IMG/VR virus record: IMGVR_UViG_3300045988_069980
Length of the DNA stretch: 43,518 bases
From: a virus
Reading direction: 5' to 3' (one strand)
A program made the translations under genes and the position numbers. Every line of letters begins with the position of its first letter. The first letter of the stretch is position 1. The notes beneath the pieces were generated by a model. The model was not told the DNA's origin. It searched no databases and saw nothing but the letters and a program-made list of their open reading frames with translations. This document shows positions 25,395 to 33,744 of this stretch, piece after piece.

Positions 25395-25568
25395 GTCTGT
25401 TTCCATTGTTTGTTTGATTGCCCGGTTTATAAAGCCGTTTACGGATTCGCCGTTGCTTTCTGCATGTGCTTTGATCGTCTCTTTCTCCCCTTTTGGTACG
25501 GTTAGGTTGATGCGGTCATAGGCTTTCGCATTCCACTTATTATTTGCTTTTGTTCTTGCCGTTCCCAT
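25380..25568 (-). CDS. Ribbon-helix-helix protein (short paralogue of 4783..5097)
   Basis: MGTARTKANNKWNAKAYDRINLTVPKGEKETIKAHAESNGESVNGFINRAI. Confidence 0.7.
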   Translation of the reverse strand: MGTARTKANNKWNAKAYDRINLTVPKGEKETIKAHAESNGESVNGFINRAIKQTMETDKKEG

Positions 25569-25735
25569 TGTTACCACCTTTCAAAAGTTTTGCAACATTA
25601 TATCACTTGCTTTGTAATTGCGCAAGTGTACAAAATGTACTAACGCAATGACATGATTTTAGTAACAATGTCAATTGAATGTACTTGCGCAATGATATAC
25701 AATAGAGCCACAATTAAATGAAAGGTGGCTATCAC
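25569..25735. promoter_or_regulatory. Divergent promoter/operator region, copy B
   Basis: TTGCGCAAGTGTACA, TGTACTAACGCAA and TGTACTTGCGCAA motifs, with TATAAT-like boxes preserved as in copy A. Confidence 0.6.
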
Positions 25736-25858
25736 ATGGCTGACTACTACAAGAACGCGATTCTTGAACAGCTTCAGGCAATGAGCGAAAACCAACTGTG
25801 CTTCTACTACACGCTTATGATGGAGCTTTCCGGGGGTGAAGCAGATGCCAAATCTTAG
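25736..25858 (+). CDS. Conserved 40-aa ORF (paralogue of 4499..4615)
   Basis: MADYYKNAILEQLQAMSENQLCFYYTLMMELSGGEADAKS. Confidence 0.55.
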   Translation: MADYYKNAILEQLQAMSENQLCFYYTLMMELSGGEADAKS

Positions 25859-26474
25859 AGATTTAACCGGGCAGCGCTTTGGACGGCTTACTGTTATTAA
25901 AAGGGCTAAAAACATCGGTAGGAAAACAGCGTGGTTGTGTCAATGCGAATGCGGAAACACGAAGGTTGTAACTGGCTCAAACTTACATAGTGGGCAGGTT
26001 CGCTCCTGCGGATGTCTTTGGAAAGAGGTTGTCCCAAAGCACAACCAAGAATTCAATTTTCGACATGGCGAATCTGGCAGTAAACTACATAGAACATGGT
26101 GTAATATGCGCTACCGTTGCAGCAATCCAAATTGCAAGGACTATAAAAACTACGGTGGAAGAGGCATCACAATCTGTGATGAATGGAGTTCTTACGAGAA
26201 TTTTAGGGCTTGGGCTTTGGATAATGGCTTTGCTGATGGGTTGAGCATCGACAGAATTGATGTTAATGGGAATTATGAACCGTCAAATTGCCGGTGGGTC
26301 TCAGATAAGGTTCAGCACAACAATACAAGGAGAAATCACTATCTGACTATGAACGGTGAATCGCACAACATTCAAGAGTGGTCGGAAATTACAGGAATTA
26401 AATGGACTACCATAAAAGCGAGAATTGAAATGGGATGGCCTATTGAAAAAGCATTAACTAAGGGAGCCACTTGA
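25845..26474 (+). CDS. HNH/AP2-like homing endonuclease
   Basis: LTGQRFGRLTVI...WLCQCECGN...SCGC and IDRIDVNGNYEPSNCRWV. RBS gggggtga. Confidence 0.7.
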   Translation: MPNLRDLTGQRFGRLTVIKRAKNIGRKTAWLCQCECGNTKVVTGSNLHSGQVRSCGCLWKEVVPKHNQEFNFRHGESGSKLHRTWCNMRYRCSNPNCKDYKNYGGRGITICDEWSSYENFRAWALDNGFADGLSIDRIDVNGNYEPSNCRWVSDKVQHNNTRRNHYLTMNGESHNIQEWSEITGIKWTTIKARIEMGWPIEKALTKGAT

Positions 26475-26542
26475 TGTGGCTTCCTTTTTCATGGTGGTGA
26501 TGATATATTAACCGATGGGAAAAAGAAGTCCAGCAGTCCCTT

Positions 26543-28231
26543 TTGGATAGCGAAGAAGCTGCAATCAAGGAGCTTGAAAAGCAGTACGCACGGGCGCTGA
26601 AGGACATCAACGATAAGGTCAAGTCATTTCAGGCAGACATTGACCTATTAGATCAGGCGCTTTCGCAGGACGGGCTTGACGATGCTACAAAGGCGCTGCT
26701 GCAATCGCAGAAGCGGTCAAAGGTCTATCAACAGAATTATCAAAAGGCGCTTAAAGGTCAGGTCAGCGGTGTTCTTGACAAGCTGCACGGCGATAATTAC
26801 GCCACAATTGACAAATATCTGAAAAGCTGCTATGAAGATAGCTATATCGGCGCACTTTACGATATTGCGCAACAGGGTATGCCGATTATCACGCCAATCA
26901 ATCAAGCTTCGGCCGTTCAAGCTATCCTGACGGATTCTAAGATTGTTGAGGGCTACTATAACCGTCTTGGCGTCAACTATGACAAGCTGAAAAAAACCAT
27001 CACGCAGGAGATCAGCCGTGGCATTGCTTCCGGTCTGCTTTACAGTGATATTGCTCGCAACATCAACAATGTGTCCAGCAGTGGCCTTTACAACGCGAAG
27101 CGCATCGCCCGAACGGAAGGCGGCCGAATTCAAAACACGGCTTCCAGACATGCGGCACTTGACGCAAAGGCGCACGGTGCTGATATCGTGAAAGTCTGGG
27201 ATGCCACATTAGACGGGAAAACACGAAGTTCGCATAGGCAAGTTGACGGCGAAATCAGGGAACTTGACGAAAAATTTAGTAATGGTCTTGACCGACCGTG
27301 TGACCCTGCTGGACGTGCCGCCGAAGTTATCAATTGCCGCTGCGTTGAAATCCATAAGCCGCGATGGGACGCAGATGGCGGCTTCCTGAAACGCGATAAT
27401 TTCACCGGAGAAGTGCTGTCGTTTGAAAATCCAAAAAATTATGCGGAGTTCAAAGAACGGTATTTTTCAGAAGAAAATGTTGCGTACATGAAAAAGACCG
27501 CCGCGCTTGAAGAAAAATACGACACAAAGGATTATGCAAGGCTGATCGGCAAAATGTCCGATAAAGAATATGAGCAGTTCAAAAAACTTGAATATTCCAG
27601 CCCTATGTGGAAGCCAAAAGATAAACTTGCAGACGCTGAAATTGGTGATATAATAGAGCCGAAAAAAACTGTAATAAAGCAATTTAGCAATCTTTCAGAT
27701 GATACATCGGAACGGTCAAAACAAATCAACGTTATTCTGAACGATTATTCTTCGCGGAAAAGCAAATGGTCTGGAAAAACAAATATTGTTCCTGTTGAAA
27801 AAATGCTTGGCGTTTCTGGCCGGAAAGAATGGTCGTGCGATATAACGCTTAGAGAAGATTCCGGTGCAAAAACAGCGATACATGAACATCTTCACGCAAG
27901 ATCGGTTAGCTATTATTCACCGCTGCAATATTTGAAATGGAAAGAATTAGAGGAAGGAAGCGTTGAACTGTATTCGCAAGAAATATGCAAACAAGCCGGT
28001 ATAGCATATAGGCAGTCATATAAAGACGAAGTTCAGCGCTTGCAAATTATAAATTCAATCACCAAATATGGTGACAGCTATTCTTTTGCCCGTGAATTAT
28101 TTGAAGTGCCTATGACAGAAAGATATTCATGGCTGCGTTCGAAAGCTGATGAAGCAATTAAGAGCGGCAAACTATCGCAAAAATCTGTTGAAGCATTAAA
28201 CAATTCGGTTGAGTATTTTAAGAAAGGGTAA
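26543..28231 (+). CDS. MuF/SPP1 gp7-family head morphogenesis protein with a C-terminal HExxH extension
   Basis: RIARTEGGRIQN...WDATLDGKTRSSHRQVDGE...VINCRC. HEHLH at 27881-27895. The listed start is TTG, and the frame is open back to 26504 with no ATG. Confidence 0.8.
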   Translation: MDSEEAAIKELEKQYARALKDINDKVKSFQADIDLLDQALSQDGLDDATKALLQSQKRSKVYQQNYQKALKGQVSGVLDKLHGDNYATIDKYLKSCYEDSYIGALYDIAQQGMPIITPINQASAVQAILTDSKIVEGYYNRLGVNYDKLKKTITQEISRGIASGLLYSDIARNINNVSSSGLYNAKRIARTEGGRIQNTASRHAALDAKAHGADIVKVWDATLDGKTRSSHRQVDGEIRELDEKFSNGLDRPCDPAGRAAEVINCRCVEIHKPRWDADGGFLKRDNFTGEVLSFENPKNYAEFKERYFSEENVAYMKKTAALEEKYDTKDYARLIGKMSDKEYEQFKKLEYSSPMWKPKDKLADAEIGDIIEPKKTVIKQFSNLSDDTSERSKQINVILNDYSSRKSKWSGKTNIVPVEKMLGVSGRKEWSCDITLREDSGAKTAIHEHLHARSVSYYSPLQYLKWKELEEGSVELYSQEICKQAGIAYRQSYKDEVQRLQIINSITKYGDSYSFARELFEVPMTERYSWLRSKADEAIKSGKLSQKSVEALNNSVEYFKKG

Positions 28232-28235
28232 TTAT

Positions 28236-28442
28236 ATGGAAAAAGCTTTAGACAATTTGATAAATCGAATCCTTAAAATGAATCACTCTGCGGAAGAATG
28301 GTTCGCGCTTGAAAAAGAAGTAAACGATCTTCTTCCGAAGCTGCCGATGGAACTTGAAATGAAATTCACAGAAAGCGGCGCAGGAGAAGCGTTGTATATG
28401 GTTTGCTCTGGATTGAGATTTGAACAATCAAAAAATGATTAA
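28236..28442 (+). CDS. 68-aa hypothetical protein (candidate immunity/partner of the MuF C-terminal domain)
   Basis: ATG 28236 after agaaaggg. AT-rich like the MuF extension. Followed by a terminator. Confidence 0.5.
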   Translation: MEKALDNLINRILKMNHSAEEWFALEKEVNDLLPKLPMELEMKFTESGAGEALYMVCSGLRFEQSKND

Positions 28443-28471
28443 AGCACCGTGCATCCGCATGGTGCTTTTTC
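28443..28471 (+). terminator. Strong rho-independent terminator
   Basis: 10-bp stem AGCACCGTGC/GCATGGTGCT, loop ATCC, followed by TTTTT. Confidence 0.85.
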
Positions 28472-28568
28472 TATGCCCCAACGCATTTTAATGCACGGCG
28501 TGTGTTTTTTTGTGCGTTTATCGTGTGTTCGCAAGTTACAGGCAAGTTAAAAAACATAGTGGTATCAA

Positions 28569-28596
28569 GGGTTTGCAGAATCGCAAGCCCTTTTTT
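28569..28596 (+). terminator. Terminator-like hairpin just upstream of the holin RBS
   Basis: Stem GGGTTTGC/GCAAGCCC (one G-U pair) followed by TTTTTT. Confidence 0.55.
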
Positions 28597-28633
28597 CATA
28601 CCAAAAAGCAAATTAAGAAAGGTGGAACAAACC

Positions 28634-28855
28634 ATGAAAAGATGCTGGAAAACATGGATTAAGGCCGCTGCTGTTCGCGCGGTCAAGACCGTTGCGCAGA
28701 CGGCGGTTGCAACTATTGGCACGTCTGCCGTATTCAGTCAGGTTGATTGGATGATGGTGGGCGGCGCTTCGCTTCTGGCTGGCATTCTGTCAATTCTGAC
28801 TTCGCTTGCCGGTCTGCCGGAATGCAAGGAAGGTGAAACCGATGAATCTGCATGA
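28634..28855 (+). CDS. Holin (r1t-holin-like)
   Basis: RBS aaaggtgg. VKTVAQTAVATIGTS...DWMMVGGASLLAGILSILTSLAGLPE. Confidence 0.75.
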   Translation: MKRCWKTWIKAAAVRAVKTVAQTAVATIGTSAVFSQVDWMMVGGASLLAGILSILTSLAGLPECKEGETDESA

Positions 28856-29837
28856 ATGCCTTGCCACAAATAACGCCTGTTACAAGGCTGGTCAGCGGAT
28901 TGCAGTCAAGGGCATCATGGTACACAGCACGGGCGCAAACAACCCGAATCTGCGGCGCTATGTGCAGCCTGACGATGGTCTGCTTGGCGTAAACCCGAAC
29001 GGCAACAGCTACAATACCAAATATCCCGGTGGAAGCGCCGTCTGCGTCCATGCCTTTATTGGCAAGCTGAAGGACGGCAGCATTGCAACCTATCAGACAT
29101 TGCCGTGGGATTATCGCGGCTGGCACGCTGGCGGCGCGGCAAACAACACACACATCAGCTTTGAAATCTGTGAAGATGGCCTGAACGATGCGGATTACTT
29201 CGGCAAGGTCTATCAGGAAGCGGTTGATCTGTGCGTGTACCTTTGTGAGAAGTTCGGCCTTACGGAAAAGAACATCATTTGTCACAGCGAAGGTTACAGG
29301 CTTGGCATCGCGACAAACCACGCGGATGTCATGCACTGGTTCCCGAAGCACGGGAAAAGCATGGACACCTTCCGCGCGGATGTGAAAGCAGCGCTTAACG
29401 GCGCTGTTGAACCTGTGAAGCCTGTTCAGCCGTCCACACCATCTACCACAGACGGCAAGATTGACACCGTGCGAGAAGTACAGCTTTGGCTTAACCGCAA
29501 CTATTCCGGTGGCCTTACCCTTGATGGCCTGTATGGCAGTCGCACCAAAGCGGCGCTGACCAAGGCGCTTCAGCGTGGGCTTGGCGTTGCTGCTGATGGC
29601 ATCTATGGCCCGAATACAAACGCAGCAGTACGCCGAAACAATCTGCAGAATGGCAGTACTGGCGAACTTGTGAAAGTGCTTCAGGGCTTCCTTGTCTGCC
29701 ACGGCCACAAAACGGCTTATGTGGACGGAATCTTTGGCGCTGGCACGCTGGCGGCGCTGAAATCGTTCCAGCGCGCCTACGGTTTGACTGCTGACGGTAT
29801 TGCCGGATGCAATACATTCGCGGCGCTATGTAGATAA
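28842..29837 (+). CDS. Endolysin: N-acetylmuramoyl-L-alanine amidase (Amidase_2) with three PG_binding_1 repeats
   Basis: IMVHSTGANNP...GWHAGGAANNTHISFEICED. Repeats LDGLYGSRTKAAL, ADGIYGPNTNAAV, VDGIFGAGTLAAL and ADGIAGCNTFAAL. Confidence 0.9.
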   Translation: MNLHECLATNNACYKAGQRIAVKGIMVHSTGANNPNLRRYVQPDDGLLGVNPNGNSYNTKYPGGSAVCVHAFIGKLKDGSIATYQTLPWDYRGWHAGGAANNTHISFEICEDGLNDADYFGKVYQEAVDLCVYLCEKFGLTEKNIICHSEGYRLGIATNHADVMHWFPKHGKSMDTFRADVKAALNGAVEPVKPVQPSTPSTTDGKIDTVREVQLWLNRNYSGGLTLDGLYGSRTKAALTKALQRGLGVAADGIYGPNTNAAVRRNNLQNGSTGELVKVLQGFLVCHGHKTAYVDGIFGAGTLAALKSFQRAYGLTADGIAGCNTFAALCR

Positions 29838-29841
29838 AAAG

Positions 29842-29868
29842 GCACGGTGCTTCGCACTGTGCTTTTTT
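29842..29868 (+). terminator. Strong rho-independent terminator after the endolysin
   Basis: Stem GCACGGTGC/GCACTGTGC followed by TTTTTT. Confidence 0.85.
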
Positions 29869-29983
29869 CATGCCCCGAGCATGGCGTTAAAACTGCTCCC
29901 ATTTTCCGGCGCACTCCCGGATTTAACAAAGTGCTTGCCGGTGGAGACACCACGCTTAAAAACAGCGGCAAGAAAGGATAAAC

Positions 29984-30643
29984 ATGGAATTCTTGAAAGC
30001 AATTTTGGGCGAAGAACTGTTCAAACAGTTTGCGGATAAGCTGAACGCCTATAACGGTGACGAAGCCAACAAAGACAAGCAGATCAAGCTTGCCAACCTT
30101 GGCGGCGGCGAGTATGTCGGCAAAGGCAAGTATGACGCGCTTCAGGCGCTGCTTGACGGCAAGACCGCCGAGCTTGACACGGCAAACGGCCTGATTGCCG
30201 ACCTGAAAAAAGGCACTAAGGGCAATGAAGAACTTCAGGGCAAGATCACAAGCTACGAAGGACAGATTCAGCAGCTTCAGGAGCAGCTTCAGGAGACAAA
30301 AATCAAGTCTGCAATCAAAGTGGCGCTTTTGTCCGAAAAGGCGCTTGATGTGGATTACCTGTCTTTCAAGCTTGAAAACAAGATGAAAGAGGACGGCAAG
30401 AAGCTTGAACTTGATGATGCAGACAACATCAAGGGATGGAAAGACCTTATTTCCGAACTGAAAACGCAGTTTCCCAACCAGTTTGAAAACGAAGGTAACC
30501 GCAAATTCCTTGATGGCAGTTTGCCGCCTACTGGTGGCAGCGGGACTGTTACGCTTGAACAGTTCCGGAAAATGGGCGTTGCAGAGCGCTCAAAACTCAA
30601 AGCGGAAAACGAAGAATTGTACAACCAGTACAAAGGAAACTAA
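29984..30643 (+). CDS. Scaffolding protein (phage GP20 family)
   Basis: MEFLKAILGEELFKQFADKLN, coiled coil. Lies upstream of the capsid gene. Confidence 0.8.
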   Translation: MEFLKAILGEELFKQFADKLNAYNGDEANKDKQIKLANLGGGEYVGKGKYDALQALLDGKTAELDTANGLIADLKKGTKGNEELQGKITSYEGQIQQLQEQLQETKIKSAIKVALLSEKALDVDYLSFKLENKMKEDGKKLELDDADNIKGWKDLISELKTQFPNQFENEGNRKFLDGSLPPTGGSGTVTLEQFRKMGVAERSKLKAENEELYNQYKGN

Positions 30644-30662
30644 AGAAATGAGGTAATTTATT

Positions 30663-31691
30663 ATGGCGAGAACTGGCCTTTTTGGTGGTTTTTCTTTCGA
30701 TGAAGAAGTTTTCACTGACATGATGCAGGAAGCGGATTATTGGAGTAATCCCGTTCTTGCGTCCGGCGTTATCCGTCAGGATGGTTCGATCATGGACATG
30801 ATCGGAAGCAAGGGCAACGTTGCGACTATCCCGATGTACACGCCTATCAACATCCATGATGCCAACATGGCCGCGCTCAACAACGACGGCCTGACTGACA
30901 ACACCCCGCAGGAGATTTCCGGCAGCAAGCAGACGTGCATGATGATTCAGCGCATGAAAGCTTTCAAGGCCAAGGACTTCACCCGTGAGCTGACCGGCGC
31001 GAAGCCGCTGGATTACATCAAGGGCAAAATCCAGAACTATTACACGCAGGTCTGGGAAGATGAGCTGATGAACATCATCAACGCCGTTCTTGGTGTGTCT
31101 GCGCTGTCTACCCACGTCACCGACCTGTCTGTCACGACCGGCACTATCGGTGACGCGAACAAAATCAGCGCGACCACGCTGATTGACGCGGAACAGGCTG
31201 CGCTTGGTGACATGGCCGGTGGCCTTGGCCTGATGGTCATGCACAGCAAGATTTATGCCGCGTATCGCAAACTTGGCCTTGTCGAGTATGAGAAGTTCGT
31301 TTCCGGCTCCGGCGCTATCAAGCAGGACATCCAGCTTCCGACCATCGGCGGCAAGGTGGTCAAGGTGACTGACTACTACACGCTGGACAGCACTACTACC
31401 GGTTTCCCGGTGTATAAGACCTTCCTGCTTGGCGAGGGCGCTATTCTGTCTTGCGACAAGAATAACTACGAGAAGCAGTACACCACGAACTACGACCCCG
31501 AGACTTCTGCTGGTACGGATAAGTTCTATACCAAGCAGGGCAAGGTGCTGCATCCGAACGGACTGTCTCTGGCCGTGGACAACATCGCGAAGGAATCCCC
31601 GACCAAGACCGAGCTGGGCACTTCCGCGAACTACAGCCTGAAGTTCAATTCCAAGAACGTCAGAATCGGCATGATTAAGTCCAACGGTTAA
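30663..31691 (+). CDS. Major capsid protein
   Basis: 342 aa. Immediately follows the scaffold gene. Strong RBS. Confidence 0.8.
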   Translation: MARTGLFGGFSFDEEVFTDMMQEADYWSNPVLASGVIRQDGSIMDMIGSKGNVATIPMYTPINIHDANMAALNNDGLTDNTPQEISGSKQTCMMIQRMKAFKAKDFTRELTGAKPLDYIKGKIQNYYTQVWEDELMNIINAVLGVSALSTHVTDLSVTTGTIGDANKISATTLIDAEQAALGDMAGGLGLMVMHSKIYAAYRKLGLVEYEKFVSGSGAIKQDIQLPTIGGKVVKVTDYYTLDSTTTGFPVYKTFLLGEGAILSCDKNNYEKQYTTNYDPETSAGTDKFYTKQGKVLHPNGLSLAVDNIAKESPTKTELGTSANYSLKFNSKNVRIGMIKSNG

Positions 31692-31703
31692 GGGGGAGCC
31701 AAA

Positions 31704-32045
31704 ATGCAGGAATTCATCATCATTGACGGCTTGCCTTATCTGTACGATGGGGGCAAAGCATACGCTGTCAGATGGGATGATGAAGGTTTCACATTGGGGG
31801 AAGTATTCCGCGAGAATATTTCCCACAATGATTTCATCATGCTTTCTGAACTGTCTGTCAAGGCAAAGTGTCAGGGGCGGCTTGACAGCATCGGCAAGCC
31901 TGAACCTGGACCTGAACCTGAACCTGGACCTGAACCTGAACCTGAACCTGAACCTGAACCTGAACCTGAACCTGAACCTGAACCTGAACCTGTGGAAGCG
32001 CCGAAGCCCAAACGGGGCAGAAAAGCGAAGGGTGAAACCGTATGA
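31704..32045 (+). CDS. Hypothetical head-associated protein with a (PE)n linker and a basic AT-hook-like tail
   Basis: KPEPGPEPEPGPEPEPEPEPEPEPEPEPEPEPVEAPKPKRGRKAKGETV. Confidence 0.65.
   Translation: MQEFIIIDGLPYLYDGGKAYAVRWDDEGFTLGEVFRENISHNDFIMLSELSVKAKCQGRLDSIGKPEPGPEPEPGPEPEPEPEPEPEPEPEPEPEPVEAPKPKRGRKAKGETV
31899..31988 (+). repeat. Hexanucleotide tandem repeat cctgaa/cctgga, 15 units (10 perfect consecutive cctgaa units at 31929-31988)
   Basis: Counted directly. In frame, encoding Pro-Glu/Pro-Gly. Confidence 0.95.
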
Positions 32046-32593
32046 TTATGACTGTTGCCGAACTTCGGCAGTATGTCACAACGGATGATGTAGATCAGGT
32101 GCTTGAAGCAAAGCTTCAGGCACTTGAACTGCTTATTCGGGCATACACCAATAACAACTTCCAGCAGCGGGCTTTTAGGGCGGTTGCCGTGTCCATGCCA
32201 GACCATGACATTGTTTGCAATGGTGTGGTTCCCTTCCGCGCTGGTGACACATTGCAGATCACAGAATCTGACCTTATGCCGGATTGCCTTGTCACGGTGA
32301 AAAGCGTTTCTGGTAGCACGGTCACGGTCAAGGAAAACCTGATTGATGAAAGCGGAATCGTTGTCACGAAGGTTGTTTATCCCGCAGATGTTCGGATGGG
32401 CTGCGCCAATCTGATGAAGTGGGAAATGAACAACCGCGACAAGGTTGGCGTTTCGTCTGAAACGATTTCACGGCATTCTGTGACCTATTTCAACATGGAC
32501 GGGGATAATTCCATCATGGGATATCCGAAGTCCCTGATGGGATTTCTGAAGCCCTACATGAAAGCGAGATTCGGACAGGGGTTGAGGGTATGA
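32042..32593 (+). CDS. Head-tail connector (gp6-like) protein
   Basis: VAELRQYVTTDDVDQVLEAKLQALELLIRAYTNNNF. Confidence 0.65.
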   Translation: MIMTVAELRQYVTTDDVDQVLEAKLQALELLIRAYTNNNFQQRAFRAVAVSMPDHDIVCNGVVPFRAGDTLQITESDLMPDCLVTVKSVSGSTVTVKENLIDESGIVVTKVVYPADVRMGCANLMKWEMNNRDKVGVSSETISRHSVTYFNMDGDNSIMGYPKSLMGFLKPYMKARFGQGLRV

Positions 32594-32934
32594 AAGGCAT
32601 CGGCGGCAACACCACAGCAGTCATACAGACATACACCGCGTCCAAAAACGAAATTGGCGAACAGGTGAAGTCATGGGTTGACAAGCAGACGCTGAAAGGC
32701 TGGCTTGACCTTCAGGCAGGTGATTCCAAGTACACCACGTTCAACGCCAAGATTCAGGAATCTACACACATTTTCGTTGCAGACTATGTACCGCTTGCCG
32801 ATGGCATACAGGCTGAAAACAGCCGCATGACCATTAACGGCAAGCGGTATGACATTCTGCTGATTGACAATCCGATGGAAATGGGCAGCGGTTCGCAGCT
32901 TGAAATCTATCTGAAATACACAGGGGGTCAGTAA
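32590..32934 (+). CDS. Head closure / head-tail adaptor protein
   Basis: Size, position and ATGA overlap. Confidence 0.55.
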   Translation: MKGIGGNTTAVIQTYTASKNEIGEQVKSWVDKQTLKGWLDLQAGDSKYTTFNAKIQESTHIFVADYVPLADGIQAENSRMTINGKRYDILLIDNPMEMGSGSQLEIYLKYTGGQ

Positions 32935-32935
32935 T

Positions 32936-33349
32936 ATGGCAGACGTGGAATTTCAGGACTTTTCACTTCAGGTCAAAGCAGCTATTGACGAGAATGCGGA
33001 AAAATTTCTTTATGAAGCCGGTGAATTGATTAAAGGTCAAGTTGTGCCAATAACGCCTGTTAAAACCGGGCAATTGAAAGGCTCGTGGGACTATAGGGTT
33101 GACCTTGGGCACGATGAAGTCAAGATTGGTAGTCCATCGGAAAACGCCATATGGAACGAATTCGGAACGGGCGAATATGCGGCCAAAGGCGATGGCAGAA
33201 AAGGCGGTTGGAGCTATAAGGATGATAGCGGCAACTGGCATCACACCACCGGCAAAAAGCCGAACAGGACGCTTCAGCGGGCTTTTGACAGCACGAAGGG
33301 CAAGATCATCAACCGCGCAAAACAGATTTTCAAGGAAGGGATGAAGTGA
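32936..33349 (+). CDS. HK97 gp10-family neck/tail component
   Basis: PVKTGQLKGSWDYRVD motif region, and position. Confidence 0.6.
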   Translation: MADVEFQDFSLQVKAAIDENAEKFLYEAGELIKGQVVPITPVKTGQLKGSWDYRVDLGHDEVKIGSPSENAIWNEFGTGEYAAKGDGRKGGWSYKDDSGNWHHTTGKKPNRTLQRAFDSTKGKIINRAKQIFKEGMK

Positions 33350-33350
33350 A

Positions 33351-33743
33351 ATGTCGAAAGAAGTTTTGGGCATCATTGACAATGCCATGAAATCCCTTGG
33401 CCTTGAATATGGCTTTGGTGAATACGGCGGTAACAGCAAGGGTGAAATCGTCTATCCCTATTGGGTTGGCAGCTACACGGAAACCGAACCGTACACCGAA
33501 GATGGCTTGCAGGAATCGACCGTCATGATTACCGGCTTTTCACGTGGGTCATGGCTTGACCTTGAAAACGGCAAAGAGAAAATCGAAAAGCACTTCAACC
33601 GGGTTTCCGGCAAAGTGGGCATCACGAGCAGCGGCAATGCCGTTGCTATTTTTTATGCTGGTGCTCTGATCGTTCCCACGGGGGACGCGGAGCTGAAAAG
33701 CATCCAAATCAATTTGAGCATCAAAGAATGGAAGGTGAATTGA
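33351..33743 (+). CDS. Tail completion/terminator-like protein
   Basis: Position immediately before the major tail protein. Confidence 0.45.
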   Translation: MSKEVLGIIDNAMKSLGLEYGFGEYGGNSKGEIVYPYWVGSYTETEPYTEDGLQESTVMITGFSRGSWLDLENGKEKIEKHFNRVSGKVGITSSGNAVAIFYAGALIVPTGDAELKSIQINLSIKEWKVN

Positions 33744-33744
33744 T

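Larger units (their letters stand above)
25380..26474. mobile_element. Nuclease cassette B: RHH gene, divergent promoter/operators, 40-aa ORF and HNH/AP2-like endonuclease
   Basis: Inverted paralogue of 4499-4940. Inserted between the portal and MuF genes. Confidence 0.7.

Noticed and set aside
30597-31826. 409-aa ORF antisense to the major capsid gene. Similar long antisense ORFs lie at 17298..18287, 28734..29708, 11490..12341, 8922..9605, 13015..13761, 33721..34476, 35481..36200 and 38001..38405.
   Set aside because: Each lies fully opposite a sense-strand gene with recognisable motifs, an RBS and operon context. Their translations are low-complexity or Arg/Cys-rich with no motifs and no RBS. 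They are typical shadow ORFs.
31899-31988. The regular short repeats could be mistaken for a CRISPR array or a regulatory repeat.
   Set aside because: The 6-nt units have no spacers and are in frame within a coding sequence. This is a coding microsatellite, not a CRISPR array.
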